Shown here: one piece after another, positions 39,852 through 50,412 of the stretch
Numbering within the stretch: the first letter of the stretch is position 1
Layout: each line of letters starts with the position of its first letter
Source of the DNA: Candidatus Omnitrophota bacterium
GTDB lineage: Bacteria; Omnitrophota; Gorgyraeia; 2-02-FULL-51-18
Assembly: GCA_022072175.1 (NCBI GenBank)
Contig: JAJVIE010000003.1
Span: 665,840 to 729,839 of the forward strand
DNA: 64,000 bases
Reading direction: 5' to 3'
Translations under genes and position numbers: made by a program
Notes under the pieces: model-generated
Told to the model about the DNA's origin: nothing
Seen by the model: only the letters and a program-made list of their open reading frames with translations
Database searches by the model: none

Positions 39852-41111
39852 ATGCTCGCCGAGATCCTCTCCGTCGGCACCGAGCTTTTGCTCGGCACGA
39901 CGCTCAATACCAACGCCCGCTATCTCGCCGAGAGACTGGCCGAGATCTCGGTGGACGTCCATCGCCACGTGACGGTGGGCGACAACCCCGCGCGTCTGAG
40001 GGCCGCTTTCGAGGAGGCCTCGCGGCGAGCCGACCTCATCATCACCACCGGCGGACTGGGACCGACGGAAGACGATGTGACGATGGCCTCCTTCGCGGCG
40101 TTCGCGGGCCTCGGGCTCCGCAGGGACCCCCGCACGATCGGACACATCACCCGCCAGCTGGCCCGCCGTGGCAAGCAACTGACCCCCCTGATCGAACGGC
40201 AGTCGTTGGTCCCCGTCGGCGCGCGGATCTTCCAGAACCCGGTCGGTACGGCTCCGGCGGTGCTCGCCCGCGTGCGGCGGCGGGAACGAACGGTGCACGC
40301 CTTGCTCCTCCCGGGTCCGCCGCGGGAGATGCGGCCGCTCTACCGGATCGCTCGGGCACACCTGGTTCGACTGACCCCGCGTTCCCGGCGCACGGTCTTC
40401 GTCGTTCGCCGTATCCGCATCACCGGACCCACGGAGGCCGAGGTCGCCTCTCACGTACCGGACCTGCTCAAACTGCCCCCGCCGTTGACGGTCGGTATCT
40501 ATGCCAAGCCCGGTGAGGTCGAGCTGCGGGCGATGTGCAAGGCCCGTACGCGCCCTGCGGCCGACCGCGCCCTGTCCCGTATCGAGAGGGATGTGCGCCG
40601 GCGCCTGGGTCCGGCGGTATACGGGACCGGCGAGTCGGACCTGCCCGCGGTGGTCGGGGAACTGCTCCATAGGAGTCGCATGACGTTGGCCACGGCGGAG
40701 TCCTGCACCGGAGGACTGCTCTCCAAACTGTTGACCGATGTTCCAGGGAGCTCGTCGTATTTCCTGGGAGGGGTCGTCTCTTACCATGACCGGATCAAGA
40801 GACGCTTTCTCGGTGTACCGGCCGCTCTGCTGAAGCGCCATGGCGCCGTCAGCCGTCAGGTCGCCTTGCGCATGGCCGCCGAAGCGCGTCGACGCTTCGG
40901 CTCGGACGTCGCCGTGGCGATCACGGGGGTCGCCGGGCCTGCCGGAGGATCCGCGATCAAGCCTGTAGGATCCGTGCACATCGCGCTGGCGGATCGCCGG
41001 GGGGCGCGTTGTGAGCTGTATCGTTTTACGGGTAATCGCGAGGACGTACGCGCTCGTGCCGCGCACAAGGCGCTCGACCTACTGCGCCTCCGGCTATTGG
41101 TTCAACGGTAG
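39852..41111 (+). CDS. cinA: competence/damage-inducible protein CinA (MoCF-binding N-domain plus C-terminal NMN deamidase PncC domain)
   Basis: MLAEILSVGTELLLGTTLNTNARYLAERLA..., with a C-terminal CinA domain (LATAESCTGGLLS). The only plus-strand gene in the window. The track ORF begins 36 nt earlier. Confidence 0.88.
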   Translation: MLAEILSVGTELLLGTTLNTNARYLAERLAEISVDVHRHVTVGDNPARLRAAFEEASRRADLIITTGGLGPTEDDVTMASFAAFAGLGLRRDPRTIGHITRQLARRGKQLTPLIERQSLVPVGARIFQNPVGTAPAVLARVRRRERTVHALLLPGPPREMRPLYRIARAHLVRLTPRSRRTVFVVRRIRITGPTEAEVASHVPDLLKLPPPLTVGIYAKPGEVELRAMCKARTRPAADRALSRIERDVRRRLGPAVYGTGESDLPAVVGELLHRSRMTLATAESCTGGLLSKLLTDVPGSSSYFLGGVVSYHDRIKRRFLGVPAALLKRHGAVSRQVALRMAAEARRRFGSDVAVAITGVAGPAGGSAIKPVGSVHIALADRRGARCELYRFTGNREDVRARAAHKALDLLRLRLLVQR

Positions 41112-41776
41112 GCCAAGGACATCCAGGCCGAGAAGATCCGGAGCGTCTGAGCACCGAGCCTCTCGTGGCGCGCGCGCCAGTACCGGACGTATTCCTCGAG
41201 CTCCGGCCCCTCCGGGAACCACTGCCGGAGCATCGACTCATCGATCTCCGTGTGGTATTGGACCCCGTAAGCCCTGCTCCCCCACCTGAACGCCTGGTGT
41301 TCGACACGCTCGCCCCGGTGGATCAACACCGCTCCTTCCGGAAGATCGAAAGTGTCCCCGTGCCACTGAAAAACACTGAGCTTCGGACCCAGCTCCGGTC
41401 CGAAGACCTCATCGGGGGCCGAGGTCCGATCGACCGTATCCCATCCGATCTCCTCGCAAGGGGCCTTATAGACACGAGCGCCCAGAGAGCGGGCCAGCAG
41501 CTGCGCTCCGAGACAGATCCCGAAATACGGCTTACCGTCACGGACACAACGCGCGATCAGTTGCTTTTCGACTCCCAGGAACGGGTAACGGGCGTCCTCG
41601 TCGACGTTCATCGGACCCCCCAGGACCAATAGAGCGCCGACGTTCTCCGGCGCGGGCAGCGGCTCGCCCGCGTACAGTCTCACGACCGTATGGGACCTGC
41701 CCGTAGAAACCAACGCGGCGGACCACAGGCCGGCGGGTTCGTTCTCGACGTGCTGGAGGACGTAAAGCGTCTTCAT
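41102..41776 (-). CDS. class I glutamine amidotransferase-like protein
   Basis: MKTLYVLQHVENEP..., with FGICLGAQLL (catalytic Cys) and a His near the C-terminus. Its start overlaps the pgpA stop (ATGA). It converges on cinA with a 10-bp overlap. Confidence 0.7.
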   Translation of the reverse strand: MKTLYVLQHVENEPAGLWSAALVSTGRSHTVVRLYAGEPLPAPENVGALLVLGGPMNVDEDARYPFLGVEKQLIARCVRDGKPYFGICLGAQLLARSLGARVYKAPCEEIGWDTVDRTSAPDEVFGPELGPKLSVFQWHGDTFDLPEGAVLIHRGERVEHQAFRWGSRAYGVQYHTEIDESMLRQWFPEGPELEEYVRYWRARHERLGAQTLRIFSAWMSLAYR

Positions 41777-42201
41777 ATCCATCCGATGCGTACGGCGCCC
41801 CAGGTCAGCGCCAGCGTCACCGCTCCGGCGGCCAGATCGTCCCACATGATGCTGGCGGGGGTCCCGAGCCTCTGGATGAGGATGATCGGCCAAGGCTTGA
41901 CCGTGTCGAGCGCCCTGAAGAGGATGAACGCGGTCAGGTACGGCATCGGCTCGGCGGGCACGAAGAGCACGGAGAGGATCATACCCGCGGTCTCATCGAG
42001 CACGAACCGCTTGGGATCAGGGTCGTCAAAAGCCCGGACGGCCGCTCGGGCGATGGCGAACCCCAATATGGTGGTGAGCGCCAACAAGGGCCACTTGAGG
42101 CCGGGCCAGGACCACACGAGAGCGAGTCCCGCCGCGCTTCCGACGGTCCCCGAGATGCCGGGGATATATCCGCACCCGAACGTCGAGGCCAGCGCCCGCA
42201 C
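41773..42201 (-). CDS. pgpA: phosphatidylglycerophosphatase A
   Basis: FGCGYIPGISGTVGSAAGL matches the PgpA signature (GxGxxxxAPGTxGS). Start tentatively placed at the GTG at 42199-42201, so as not to overlap the upstream gene by 90 nt. The start is uncertain. Confidence 0.7.
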   Translation of the reverse strand: MRALASTFGCGYIPGISGTVGSAAGLALVWSWPGLKWPLLALTTILGFAIARAAVRAFDDPDPKRFVLDETAGMILSVLFVPAEPMPYLTAFILFRALDTVKPWPIILIQRLGTPASIMWDDLAAGAVTLALTWGAVRIGWI

Positions 42202-42221
42202 GATCCGGGCGGCGCCGGTCC

Positions 42222-42788
42222 TCAAGAGCGGGCTCCCGGCACCCTCGATGCGCTCAGATACACGCGCAGTCCGGACCAGAGGGTCATCACGACCACCGCG
42301 TACATGCCCCACAACAAGGCCTGCTCGACGGCCTCGTGGGGCCAGACGGCCGGCAGCGCGTCACGTCCGCAGATATGAACGAGCGCCGCGAGGATGTAGG
42401 CGAGCTGCAGGATCGTCTTGTTCTTTCCGGAGCGGCGCACAGTGGCGCGGTCTTCCGATCCGGGCGTCAGACGCAGCAGCGTCACGGCGATGTCCCGCAA
42501 GGCCATGACGAGCACCGTCCACCCCGGGATCAACGCGAGGAACCACAGCGACGTGAAACAGGTCAGTGTCAGCGCCTTGTCCGCGATCGGGTCCAGCATG
42601 GCTCCGAGCCGGGTGACCTGTCCCGTGCGCCGGGCCAGCTCCCCGTCCCAGTAATCCGTCAGCGCCGCCAACACGAAGAGCGCCGCGGCCGCGGCGGCCG
42701 TCTCCGGGCCGCCCACGAAGAGACACGCGGCGATGACGAACGCCAGGCCGATCCTCGAGAGAGTGATCGCGATGGGTAGATTGATCAC
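42222..42788 (-). CDS. pgsA: CDP-diacylglycerol--glycerol-3-phosphate 3-phosphatidyltransferase-like (CDP-alcohol phosphatidyltransferase, paralog 2)
   Basis: TDYWDGELARRTGQVTRLGAMLDPIADK signature. Start tentatively at the GTG at 42786-42788 ((V)INLPIAITLSRI). Co-located with pgpA. Confidence 0.7.
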   Translation of the reverse strand: MINLPIAITLSRIGLAFVIAACLFVGGPETAAAAAALFVLAALTDYWDGELARRTGQVTRLGAMLDPIADKALTLTCFTSLWFLALIPGWTVLVMALRDIAVTLLRLTPGSEDRATVRRSGKNKTILQLAYILAALVHICGRDALPAVWPHEAVEQALLWGMYAVVVMTLWSGLRVYLSASRVPGARS

Positions 42789-42813
42789 GGTCCGGGGATC
42801 CCGCGCGGACCGC

Positions 42814-44196
42814 TCAGGAGAGGGTCTCGGCGCGGAGATCGTGCTCGTCCGCGCCGGTGATCGTAACGTCGACGAATTCACCGGGTCTCAGCTCCTTTTT
42901 CGAGGTGACCTTGACTTGGCCGTCCACTTCGGGCGCGTCACCCTCGGTGCGTCCGAGATAACGTCCCGAGCGCTTGTCCTTCGTGTCGATGAGCACGCGC
43001 ATCTTACGGCCGATCTTGGCCGCGTTGATCTCCGCGGAGATGGAGAACTGCAGTTCCATGACGGCCTCGTAGCGTTCGCGCTTGAGCGCGGGATCGATGG
43101 GGTCCGGGAGGCTCACCGAGCGCGCGCCTTCTTCCGGTGAGTAGATGAACGCCCCGAGCTTCTCGAACCGGACCTCTTTCATGCACTGGAGCAGGTCCTC
43201 GAACTCCTCCTCGGTCTCCCCCGGGAAGCCCACGATGACCGTCGTTCTGAGCGTCAGCTCGGGCATCGCCCGGCGCAGCTTGAGGATGTTGTCCATCATC
43301 GTCCGCCGATCGACCCCGCGATTCATGCGGCGGAGCATGGCGTCGTGACTGTGTTCGATGGGGAAATCCACGTACTTGCACAGCGAGCGGCCCTCCGCCA
43401 GCGCGGCGATCATCTCGTCGTTGATGTGCCCCGGATGGGCGTAGAGCAGCCTCACCCAGGGAACCCTGCCGGAGCGATCGACCGCGCGCAGAAGCTCGGG
43501 CAGCTCGAAGCGGCGTGAGCGGTCATAGCCGAACGCCGCGGTGTCCTGGCCGATGAGCAGCACCTCGGACAGCGACCGTTCGGCACAAAGGCCCTCGATC
43601 TCGGAGACCACCGACTCGACCGTACGCGAGCGATGAGCTCCTTTCATCTTGGGGATCACGCAGTAGGAGCAGGCGTTGATGCAGCCCTCGGAGATCTTCA
43701 CATAGGCGTAGTGCGGCGGAGTCAGCGCCACGCGAGGCGTCTTCTCGTCCAGCAGATAGGTCGGCCTCGGGCGTACATCATAAACGCGTGCGTGTTTGGC
43801 GCGGAGGGGTTCGAGCACCTCCGCCAGAGCGCCGAAGCTGTCCGTGCCTACGATACCGTCGACCTCGGCGAGCTCCTCGCGGAGCTCTCCGCCGTAACGC
43901 TGGGCCAGACAGCCCAGTACGACGACGGCTCCGAGACGCCCCTTCTTCTTGCGCTCGCACAGCGTCAAGATCGTCTCGACGGACTCGACCTTGGCTTCCT
44001 CGATGAACCCGCAGGTGTTGACGATCGCCACATCGGCATCCTTGACGTCGCGCACGATCTGATAGCCATGCCCTTTCAGCGATCCGAGGGCGACCTCGGA
44101 GTCGACGAGCGTGCGGGCACACCCCAGACTGACGAGCGCGACGCGGGTCGGGCGACCCGCCGCGAGGGGATCAGGAGCGGTTGCGGACGCCGTCAC
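42814..44196 (-). CDS. rimO: ribosomal protein S12 methylthiotransferase (MTTase family: radical SAM plus TRAM domains)
   Basis: 460 aa. N-terminal Cys triad region (VSLGCARTL), radical SAM CSYCVIP, and a C-terminal TRAM domain. Confidence 0.8.
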   Translation of the reverse strand: MTASATAPDPLAAGRPTRVALVSLGCARTLVDSEVALGSLKGHGYQIVRDVKDADVAIVNTCGFIEEAKVESVETILTLCERKKKGRLGAVVVLGCLAQRYGGELREELAEVDGIVGTDSFGALAEVLEPLRAKHARVYDVRPRPTYLLDEKTPRVALTPPHYAYVKISEGCINACSYCVIPKMKGAHRSRTVESVVSEIEGLCAERSLSEVLLIGQDTAAFGYDRSRRFELPELLRAVDRSGRVPWVRLLYAHPGHINDEMIAALAEGRSLCKYVDFPIEHSHDAMLRRMNRGVDRRTMMDNILKLRRAMPELTLRTTVIVGFPGETEEEFEDLLQCMKEVRFEKLGAFIYSPEEGARSVSLPDPIDPALKRERYEAVMELQFSISAEINAAKIGRKMRVLIDTKDKRSGRYLGRTEGDAPEVDGQVKVTSKKELRPGEFVDVTITGADEHDLRAETLS

Positions 44197-44944
44197 GGTC
44201 GATGACCATCTTCTTGACCACGCCCTTGCCGGGCGAGCCGAGCGCGGCGCCGTTGAGCGTCAGGGACATGTTGGAGGAGTTGCCCGTCCAGATCTCGTAG
44301 GAGGACACCGCGGTCCAGGATTCGGTGGCGCCGCGCTTGAGGATGGACTGGAAGACGATCTTGCCGTCCGCGGTCACCCTCATCCAGACGTTGTCGAGGG
44401 CCTTGATGCGCAACTGCAGCGGAGCGTTGCGGTTGATGCGCGGATAGTTGCCCTGAGAGGGGCTCCTCAACCACGTCCCGTCTTTTTCGACGGGGACGAC
44501 AGCGGGCGCCTTGCGCGGGGCCTGAGTCCTGACCTGCGTGCGCTGCGAGCGCAGACCGGAGATCCTCTCATAGGCCGCCTTACCCGCCGCGAAGATCAGC
44601 GCCGCGCCGGCAAGTACAACGCAGAGAAGGATCGCCGGAGCGATCCAGCGGCGGTCCGACGTCTTCTGGCGCGATTCAGCGGGACGGATGAACAGGACCT
44701 GCTCCGGCTCCCGGCGCCCTTGTTTCTCGTAATTGGAGACGACCTGATCGGCGTCGATCTGCAGGAAATCCGCGTAACTGCGCAGGAAGCTCTTGGCGAA
44801 CAGCGGGCTCGGGAGCTTCTCGAACTTGTCCTCCTCCATCAGCTGGAGCACACGGGGATGGATCTTGATCTTCGCGTGCACCTCTTCGTGGGTCAGGGAT
44901 TTTTTCTCACGCGCTTCCTTGAGCTGACCGCCGATGGTGCTCAC
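44171..44944 (-). CDS. rodZ: RodZ-like cytoskeleton protein (HTH plus TM plus DUF4115)
   Basis: 257 aa. N-terminal XRE-type HTH (IGGQLKEAREKKSLTHEEVHAKIKI), one TM helix, and a C-terminal DUF4115-like beta domain. Confidence 0.75.
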   Translation of the reverse strand: MSTIGGQLKEAREKKSLTHEEVHAKIKIHPRVLQLMEEDKFEKLPSPLFAKSFLRSYADFLQIDADQVVSNYEKQGRREPEQVLFIRPAESRQKTSDRRWIAPAILLCVVLAGAALIFAAGKAAYERISGLRSQRTQVRTQAPRKAPAVVPVEKDGTWLRSPSQGNYPRINRNAPLQLRIKALDNVWMRVTADGKIVFQSILKRGATESWTAVSSYEIWTGNSSNMSLTLNGAALGSPGKGVVKKMVIDRDGVRNRS

Positions 44945-47412
44945 GCCGGCGTCTCCTCGGAGCCGCCGGGCTGGGCCTCGGGTCGCTCGACCAGGATCTC
45001 CCTGGGCTTGGCCCCCCTGTAAGGACCGACCACACCGTCCTCCTCCATCATGTCGATCAGGCGCGCCGCGCGGGTGTAACCGACACCCAGGCGCCGCTGG
45101 ACCATCGAGACCGAAGCTTGGCCTGTTTCAAGAACGACCCTCTTGGCTTCTTCGTAGACCTGGTCCCGCTCGAACGTCGCGAAACCCGCCTTCTTCTCCA
45201 CGCCGGCGGAGACCACGTCCGCGTAGGCCGGCTTGCGCTGTTTCTTGATGAAATCCGTGATGCGCTCGACCTCGGCATCCTGGACCCAGGCGCCCTGAGC
45301 GCGCACGAGCTTGGACCGGCGGGGATCCATCAATAGGAGGTCTCCGCGCCCCAACAGCTTGTCAGCGCCGTTCTCGTCCAGGATGGTGCGGCTGTCGACC
45401 TTGGAAGCGACCTGGAACGCCAGTCGGGCCGGAAAATTGGCTTTGATGACGCCCGTGATGACGTCCACGGAGGGCCTCTGCGTGGCGAGGATCATGTGGA
45501 TCCCGACCGCGCGCGCCAACTGCGCCAGACGCGTGATGGCGGTTTCGACCTCCTGGGCGGAGGTCATCATCAGGTCGGCCAGCTCGTCGATCACGAGCAC
45601 GATGTACGGCAGCTTACGGACGATCACCGGTTCGTCCTCATTGTCTTCCGTGATCTTCACGAACCTCGGGTCGATCTGTTTGTTCTCGACCTTCTCGTTG
45701 AACGCCAGGATGTTGCGGGCCCCGACCTTCGACAGGACCTTGTAGCGGCGCTCCATCTCGTTGAGCAGCCAGCCGAGCGCGTTGGGAGCCTTCGTCTTGT
45801 CCGTGACGACCGGGCAGATCAAGTGCGGCAGGTCGTTGTAGAAGTGCAGTTCCACCATCTTGGGATCGATCATGAGGAACTTCACTTCTTCGGGTGTGGC
45901 CCGGTACAGGATCGAGGTGATGATGCTGTTGATGCAGACGCTCTTGCCGGTGTTGGTGGCGCCGGCGATCAAGAGGTGCGGCAGATCGGCCAGGTTGCAG
46001 ACCAGCGGGGAACCTGCCGTGTCCTTGCCGATCGCGATCGCGACCTTCGAGCGCTCGTTCTGGAATTCGGGCGAAGCGAGCACTTCGCGGATGTAGACCG
46101 TGGCGGCGGCGGAGTTGGGGACCTCGATGCCGACGCGCGACTTGCCGGGTATCGGGGCCAGGATGCGCACCGACGCGGCACGCATCACCAGAGCGATATC
46201 GTTCTCGAGCGAAGTGATCTTCTGGACCTTGACGCCCGCCGCGGGCTGCAGCTCATAGCGGGTGATCGTGGGTCCCTGCTCCACCTCGACGACCTTGGCA
46301 TCGATCCCGAAATCCCTGAGCGTATCCTCCAGGACCTTGGAACTCTCCTGGAGCGTATCGCGCATCTTGCCCTGATCGAGCGGCGGCGGGGCCTGCAGGA
46401 GGTCCATGGCCGGCAGAGCGTACGCCGGCAAGTCCTCCTCGACCGGGAGCGGGGCGGCGTCGGCGGCTTTGGGCTTGAGCTCGTCGGCCTTGGCCGCGGC
46501 GGCTTTGGCAGGCTGTGGCGTATCGGTCTTCGGTGTCACCGGGGGTTTGGTCATTTCGCGGACGGCGTCCTTCGAAGGCTCCTTCACGGCATCCTTGCCG
46601 GCCGAGCTCTTGGGTTCGAGCGCCGTCTCGTTCTCGCGGTTGAGCTTGATCTTGGGCGGTTGCGGCGGCGCCGTCGGAGCGGCCGGTACCGGCACGATCT
46701 GAGCCCCGCTGCGCGCCTCCGCTTTGACGACCTTCGCGGGTCCGCGCTCTTTCTGGATGAGCTCCTGCAGGGCCGAACGCTTGACCGCCGGGACGCCGGC
46801 CTTGACAGTGGCCGCCGCGCGCTCGGTCTCAGCGTTCTTGAGGTAGCGGTCGCGGAGCCTGCTGAACAGATCCACCGCCATCTGCAGCAGGAGAAGCTCC
46901 GAGGCCAGAAGGATCGAGAGGATGAGCAACGATAGAGCCACGAACGCTCCGGCCGGACCGACGAACAGGTCGAGCCACTGAGCGCCGAAATACCCGAGCA
47001 TCCCCCCGCTCTCGAAGCGTCCAACGGAGTCCCGTCCGAACAGGATCGAGGCCAGCGCGCAAGAGGAACTCATGAAGATCACGGTGGAGAAGACCTTGAA
47101 GGACAGGTGCTGGCCTTTGCGGCCGGCCCAACGGGAAAGCGCCCAGGTCAAAAGGAGCGGGATCAGCAGGAACGCGGCCGACCCGAAGAGCAGGCGGAGC
47201 GCGAACGCCGTGTAGGCGCCGGCGACACCGGCGTAGTTGTGCGCCGGAGAATTGGGCGCCGACACCAGCCACGAGATATCGGTGGGTGTATAGGACAACA
47301 ACGAGAGCGTCAGAAGGACCGACACGACGATCCAGAAGAACGCCTGGATCTCGCCCCGCTTGCGTTGATCGAGGCGCTCAGACGCCCGTGTGTCCGAAGC
47401 CGCCTGCGGCAC
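44941..47412 (-). CDS. ftsK: DNA translocase FtsK
   Basis: N-terminal TM helices, a Pro/Ala/Lys-rich linker, the motor domain ([20 protein letters not shown]) and a C-terminal gamma domain. Start placed at the GTG at 47410-47412, preceded by GGAAGGGAG. The track ORF reads back into dut. Confidence 0.85.
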   Translation of the reverse strand: MPQAASDTRASERLDQRKRGEIQAFFWIVVSVLLTLSLLSYTPTDISWLVSAPNSPAHNYAGVAGAYTAFALRLLFGSAAFLLIPLLLTWALSRWAGRKGQHLSFKVFSTVIFMSSSCALASILFGRDSVGRFESGGMLGYFGAQWLDLFVGPAGAFVALSLLILSILLASELLLLQMAVDLFSRLRDRYLKNAETERAAATVKAGVPAVKRSALQELIQKERGPAKVVKAEARSGAQIVPVPAAPTAPPQPPKIKLNRENETALEPKSSAGKDAVKEPSKDAVREMTKPPVTPKTDTPQPAKAAAAKADELKPKAADAAPLPVEEDLPAYALPAMDLLQAPPPLDQGKMRDTLQESSKVLEDTLRDFGIDAKVVEVEQGPTITRYELQPAAGVKVQKITSLENDIALVMRAASVRILAPIPGKSRVGIEVPNSAAATVYIREVLASPEFQNERSKVAIAIGKDTAGSPLVCNLADLPHLLIAGATNTGKSVCINSIITSILYRATPEEVKFLMIDPKMVELHFYNDLPHLICPVVTDKTKAPNALGWLLNEMERRYKVLSKVGARNILAFNEKVENKQIDPRFVKITEDNEDEPVIVRKLPYIVLVIDELADLMMTSAQEVETAITRLAQLARAVGIHMILATQRPSVDVITGVIKANFPARLAFQVASKVDSRTILDENGADKLLGRGDLLLMDPRRSKLVRAQGAWVQDAEVERITDFIKKQRKPAYADVVSAGVEKKAGFATFERDQVYEEAKRVVLETGQASVSMVQRRLGVGYTRAARLIDMMEEDGVVGPYRGAKPREILVERPEAQPGGSEETPA

Positions 47413-47827
47413 GCTGGCTCCCTTCCAGATCTTCGACGGTCTCGAACTCGGCCCTGACGACCTCCTGGAGGACCAGCTGGGCCATGCGGGCGCCCCTGCG
47501 AACGACGTAGGGCTCTTTACCGAGGTTGGTGACGATGAGCTTGATCTCGCCGCGGTAGTCGCTATCGATGGTGCCGGGAGCATTCACAAGGGTGACGCCG
47601 TGCTTGAGCGCCAGTCCGCTGCGCGGACGCACTTGCGCCTCGTACCCCGGAGGCAGGTGGATGGAGAGGCCCGTGGGGATCAGATGGATCTCCCCCGGAG
47701 ACAGAACGACCTCTCCGCGGATGTCCGCGGAAAGGTCCATTCCGGCCGCCCCGGCGCTCATGTACGCCGGAGCGGGCAGGTCCTCAGTTCCAGGATTTCT
47801 TTTGATCAGGACCTTGACTGACTTCAC
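47378..47827 (-). CDS. dut: dUTP diphosphatase
   Basis: Conserved Dut motifs ([25 protein letters not shown]). Start placed at the GTG at 47825-47827 ((V)[21 protein letters not shown]). The first 39 codons of the track ORF are Ala/Val/Thr junk from the pnp tail repeat read in another frame. Confidence 0.85.
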   Translation of the reverse strand: MKSVKVLIKRNPGTEDLPAPAYMSAGAAGMDLSADIRGEVVLSPGEIHLIPTGLSIHLPPGYEAQVRPRSGLALKHGVTLVNAPGTIDSDYRGEIKLIVTNLGKEPYVVRRGARMAQLVLQEVVRAEFETVEDLEGSQRAAGGFGHTGV

Positions 47828-50063
47828 CGCGCTCGCCCCTGTACGGACGTTCGCCGCGGTCGCCGCGGTCGCCACGACCGCCGCGATCACCGCGGTCGCC
47901 ACGATCCCCCCTGCCGCCGCGATCGCCCCGGTCACCGCGATCATTGCGGCGCTGGACGACGGGCGGGCCCTCCATGGTCGACTGCTTCTTGGAGAGGTTG
48001 ATGCGGCCCTGTGTATCGATCTCGATGACCTTGACGCGGATGGGGTCGCCGACCTTCACGACCTCATCGACGTTCTCCACGTACTTGTCGGAGAGCTCCG
48101 AGATGTGGCAGAGACCCTCTTTGCCGGGCAGGATCTCGCAGAACGCCCCGAAGTTCATGATACGCTTGACGGTGCCGTCGTAGACGCGGCCGACCTCGGG
48201 ATCCTCGGTGATGCCGCGGATCATGTCGATGGCCTTCTGCGAACAGCCCTGATCGCTCGAAGCGATGCGGACCGTGCCGTCGTCCTCGACCTCGATCGTC
48301 GCGCCGGAATCCTGCTGAATCTTACGGATCATCTTGCCGCCGGGGCCGATGATCTCGCGGATCTTCTCCGGATCGATCTTGATCGTGGTGATGCGCGGCG
48401 CGAACGCCGACAGCTCGCGGCGCGGAGCGGACAGCGCCTGGTTCATCTTCTGCAGGATCTCGAGGCGGGCCTTACGAGCCTGCTCGAGCGCGTTCTGCAG
48501 CATCTCGACGGACAGCGACTCCTTGAGCTTCAGGTCCAGCTGGATCGCGGTCACGCCGCGCTCGTTACCGGTGACCTTGAAGTCCATGTCGCCCAGATGG
48601 TCCTCGACTCCGGCGATATCGGTCAGCACGGCGTACTTGCCATTGCGCGTGACCAGACCCATCGCGATGCCGCTGACCGCCGAGCTCGTGGGGACGCCCG
48701 CGTCCATCAGGGCCAGCGATCCGGAGCAGACGCTCGCCATGCTCGAGGAACCGTTGGACTCCAGGATCTCAGAGACGATGCGGAGCGTGTACGGGAAGGC
48801 TTCCTTGGTCGGCAGAACGGGCTTGATGCCGCGTTCGGCCAGGGCGCCGTGACCGACCTCGCGCCGGCCGGGACCGCGCACGGGCTTGATCTCGCCCACC
48901 GAGAACGGCGGGAAGTTGTAGTGCAGCATGAACGACTTGTAGATGTTGCCGTCGAGCGAGTCGATCGAATCGATCATCTGCTCGTCCTTGCTGGTGCCGA
49001 GCGTGGCCACGCCGAGAGACTGCGTCTGTCCGCGCGTGAACAGCGCCGAGCCGTGGGCTCGGGGCAGCACGCCCACCTCGATGGAGATCGGGCGGATCTC
49101 ATCATAGCGGCGGCCGTCGGGACGGACCTGCTTGTCGAGGATGTAGCGGCGGACCTCGTCCTTCTCCACCTCGTGGAACGCCCAGGCCAGTTGGCCCTCC
49201 GTCACGGTGGCGCCTTCGACGAGGTAGTGCTCCTTCGCCTTGGCGTACAACGCATCGACCGCGGCGTAACGCTTCTCCTTCTCACGGTCCTCGTTGTTGA
49301 TCCGCTCGAGCTCCGGAGCGCAGAACTTCGTCAGCTCGGCCAGGAACTCATCGGACACGGTCTGCAGTTCGTGCGCCAGAGTGGGCTTGCCGCACTCGGC
49401 CTGCATCTTGCGTTGGAGCTCCAGGAGCGGCTTGAGCTGCTCGCGGGCGAACTCCAAGGCCTCGATGATCTTGGTCTCCGGCACGAACTTCGCGCCCGCC
49501 TCGATCATGATGATGCCCTTCTCGGTGCTCGCCACGACGATGTCGAGGTCGCCCTTCTCGGTCTCGTCGAACGTCGGATTGAGGATCAGACGGCCGTCCA
49601 CCAGACCGACACGCGCCGCAGCCATCGGGCCCAGGTAAGGCGCGCCGGAGATCATGAGCGCGGCCGAGGCGCCGATCATCGCGGGGATGTCGGAGTTGTT
49701 GACCTTATCGGCGGACAGAACGTTGGCGATGACCTGGACCTCGTGGTAGAAGCCCTCGGGGAACAACGGGCGGATGGGGCGGTCGATCAGGCGAGAGACG
49801 AGCGTCTCCTTCTCCGTCGACTTTCCCTCACGGCGGAAATAGCTGCCCGGGATCTTGCCGCCGGCGTAGCTCTTCTCCTGGTACTCGCACGAAAGCGGGA
49901 AGAAATCCGCGTTGGCCTTGGGCTTTTTGCCCACGCACACGGCGACGAGCACGATCGTGTCGCCGACGCGCACGGTCACGGCGCCGTCGGCCTGCTTGGC
50001 CATGCGGCCGGTTTCGATGACAATACGCTGCTGTCCGAGAGTGATCTCGTATGTTCTATGCAT
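47784..50063 (-). CDS. pnp: polyribonucleotide nucleotidyltransferase (PNPase) with a C-terminal RGD/RGG-repeat tail
   Basis: 759 aa. Two RNase PH domains, KH and S1 domains, then [40 protein letters not shown] at the C-terminus. Confidence 0.95.
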   Translation of the reverse strand: MHRTYEITLGQQRIVIETGRMAKQADGAVTVRVGDTIVLVAVCVGKKPKANADFFPLSCEYQEKSYAGGKIPGSYFRREGKSTEKETLVSRLIDRPIRPLFPEGFYHEVQVIANVLSADKVNNSDIPAMIGASAALMISGAPYLGPMAAARVGLVDGRLILNPTFDETEKGDLDIVVASTEKGIIMIEAGAKFVPETKIIEALEFAREQLKPLLELQRKMQAECGKPTLAHELQTVSDEFLAELTKFCAPELERINNEDREKEKRYAAVDALYAKAKEHYLVEGATVTEGQLAWAFHEVEKDEVRRYILDKQVRPDGRRYDEIRPISIEVGVLPRAHGSALFTRGQTQSLGVATLGTSKDEQMIDSIDSLDGNIYKSFMLHYNFPPFSVGEIKPVRGPGRREVGHGALAERGIKPVLPTKEAFPYTLRIVSEILESNGSSSMASVCSGSLALMDAGVPTSSAVSGIAMGLVTRNGKYAVLTDIAGVEDHLGDMDFKVTGNERGVTAIQLDLKLKESLSVEMLQNALEQARKARLEILQKMNQALSAPRRELSAFAPRITTIKIDPEKIREIIGPGGKMIRKIQQDSGATIEVEDDGTVRIASSDQGCSQKAIDMIRGITEDPEVGRVYDGTVKRIMNFGAFCEILPGKEGLCHISELSDKYVENVDEVVKVGDPIRVKVIEIDTQGRINLSKKQSTMEGPPVVQRRNDRGDRGDRGGRGDRGDRGDRGGRGDRGDRGERPYRGERGEVSQGPDQKKSWN
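47830..47950 (-). repeat. imperfect tandem 9-bp repeat (cgcggtcgc-like) encoding the PNPase RGD tail
   Basis: Sequence gccgcggtcgccgcggtcgccacgaccgccgcgatcaccgcggtcgccacgatc... It is coding low-complexity sequence, not a CRISPR array: there are no spacers and the period is 9 bp. Confidence 0.7.
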
Positions 50064-50069
50064 TGGATT

Positions 50070-50339
50070 TTACTTTCTAAGATCGAGCTGCTGGATGAGT
50101 TTCTGGTAGGCTTCCTGGTCGTTGCGCTTGAGATAGTTCAGCAGCTTGCGTCGCTGCGAAACCAGCTTCAGGAGGCCGTGGCGGGAGTGATGGTCCTTCA
50201 CATGGGCCTTAAAATGATCACCGAGATTGTTGATGCGCTCGGTCAGGACGGCGATCTGGACATGGGATGAGCCGGTGTCCTTGTCGCTCTTCCTATGGGT
50301 CTTGATGACCTCTTGTTTGCGCTGCTTGCTGATGGGCAT
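50070..50339 (-). CDS. rpsO: 30S ribosomal protein S15
   Basis: 89 aa from the internal ATG: [44 protein letters not shown]... The 69-aa N-terminal read-through in the track ORF was rejected. SD GGAGAAGG upstream. Confidence 0.92.
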   Translation of the reverse strand: MPISKQRKQEVIKTHRKSDKDTGSSHVQIAVLTERINNLGDHFKAHVKDHHSRHGLLKLVSQRRKLLNYLKRNDQEAYQKLIQQLDLRK

Positions 50340-50368
50340 TCTTCTTCCTTCTCCTTTTGGCTTTGTTG

Positions 50369-50397
50369 GATTGGGGTGATTATACTCTGGGCGGAGG
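50369..50397 (-). promoter_or_regulatory. putative rpsO promoter (TTTACA-17-TATAAT on the minus strand)
   Basis: Minus strand reads TTTACA (50392-50397), a 17-nt spacer, then TATAAT (50369-50374). This gives an about 30-nt leader with a strong SD before the rpsO ATG. It sits in the 73-nt ribF-rpsO gap. Confidence 0.5.
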
Positions 50398-50412
50398 GCT
50401 TTGTAAAGGCAA

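Noticed and set aside
39669-41066. 465-aa minus-strand ORF opposite cinA
   Set aside because: The plus-strand frame is an unambiguous CinA (MoCF plus PncC domains). The minus-strand ORF is a low-complexity antisense product.
47830-47950. Possible CRISPR or other repeat array
   Set aside because: The 9-bp period has no spacers and lies in frame within pnp (the RGD tail). It is coding low-complexity sequence.
47568-50270. 900-aa plus-strand ORF (and many others such as 3741..5516, 33752..35647, 37144..38706, 9737..11206, 45496..46935)
   Set aside because: All are antisense to strongly supported genes (pnp, uvrB/nadC, hisD/alaS, lysC, ftsK). They have Arg/Gly/Asp/Leu/His-rich composition with no motifs, and arise because the high-GC reverse strand is stop-codon poor. 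They are treated as artefacts.
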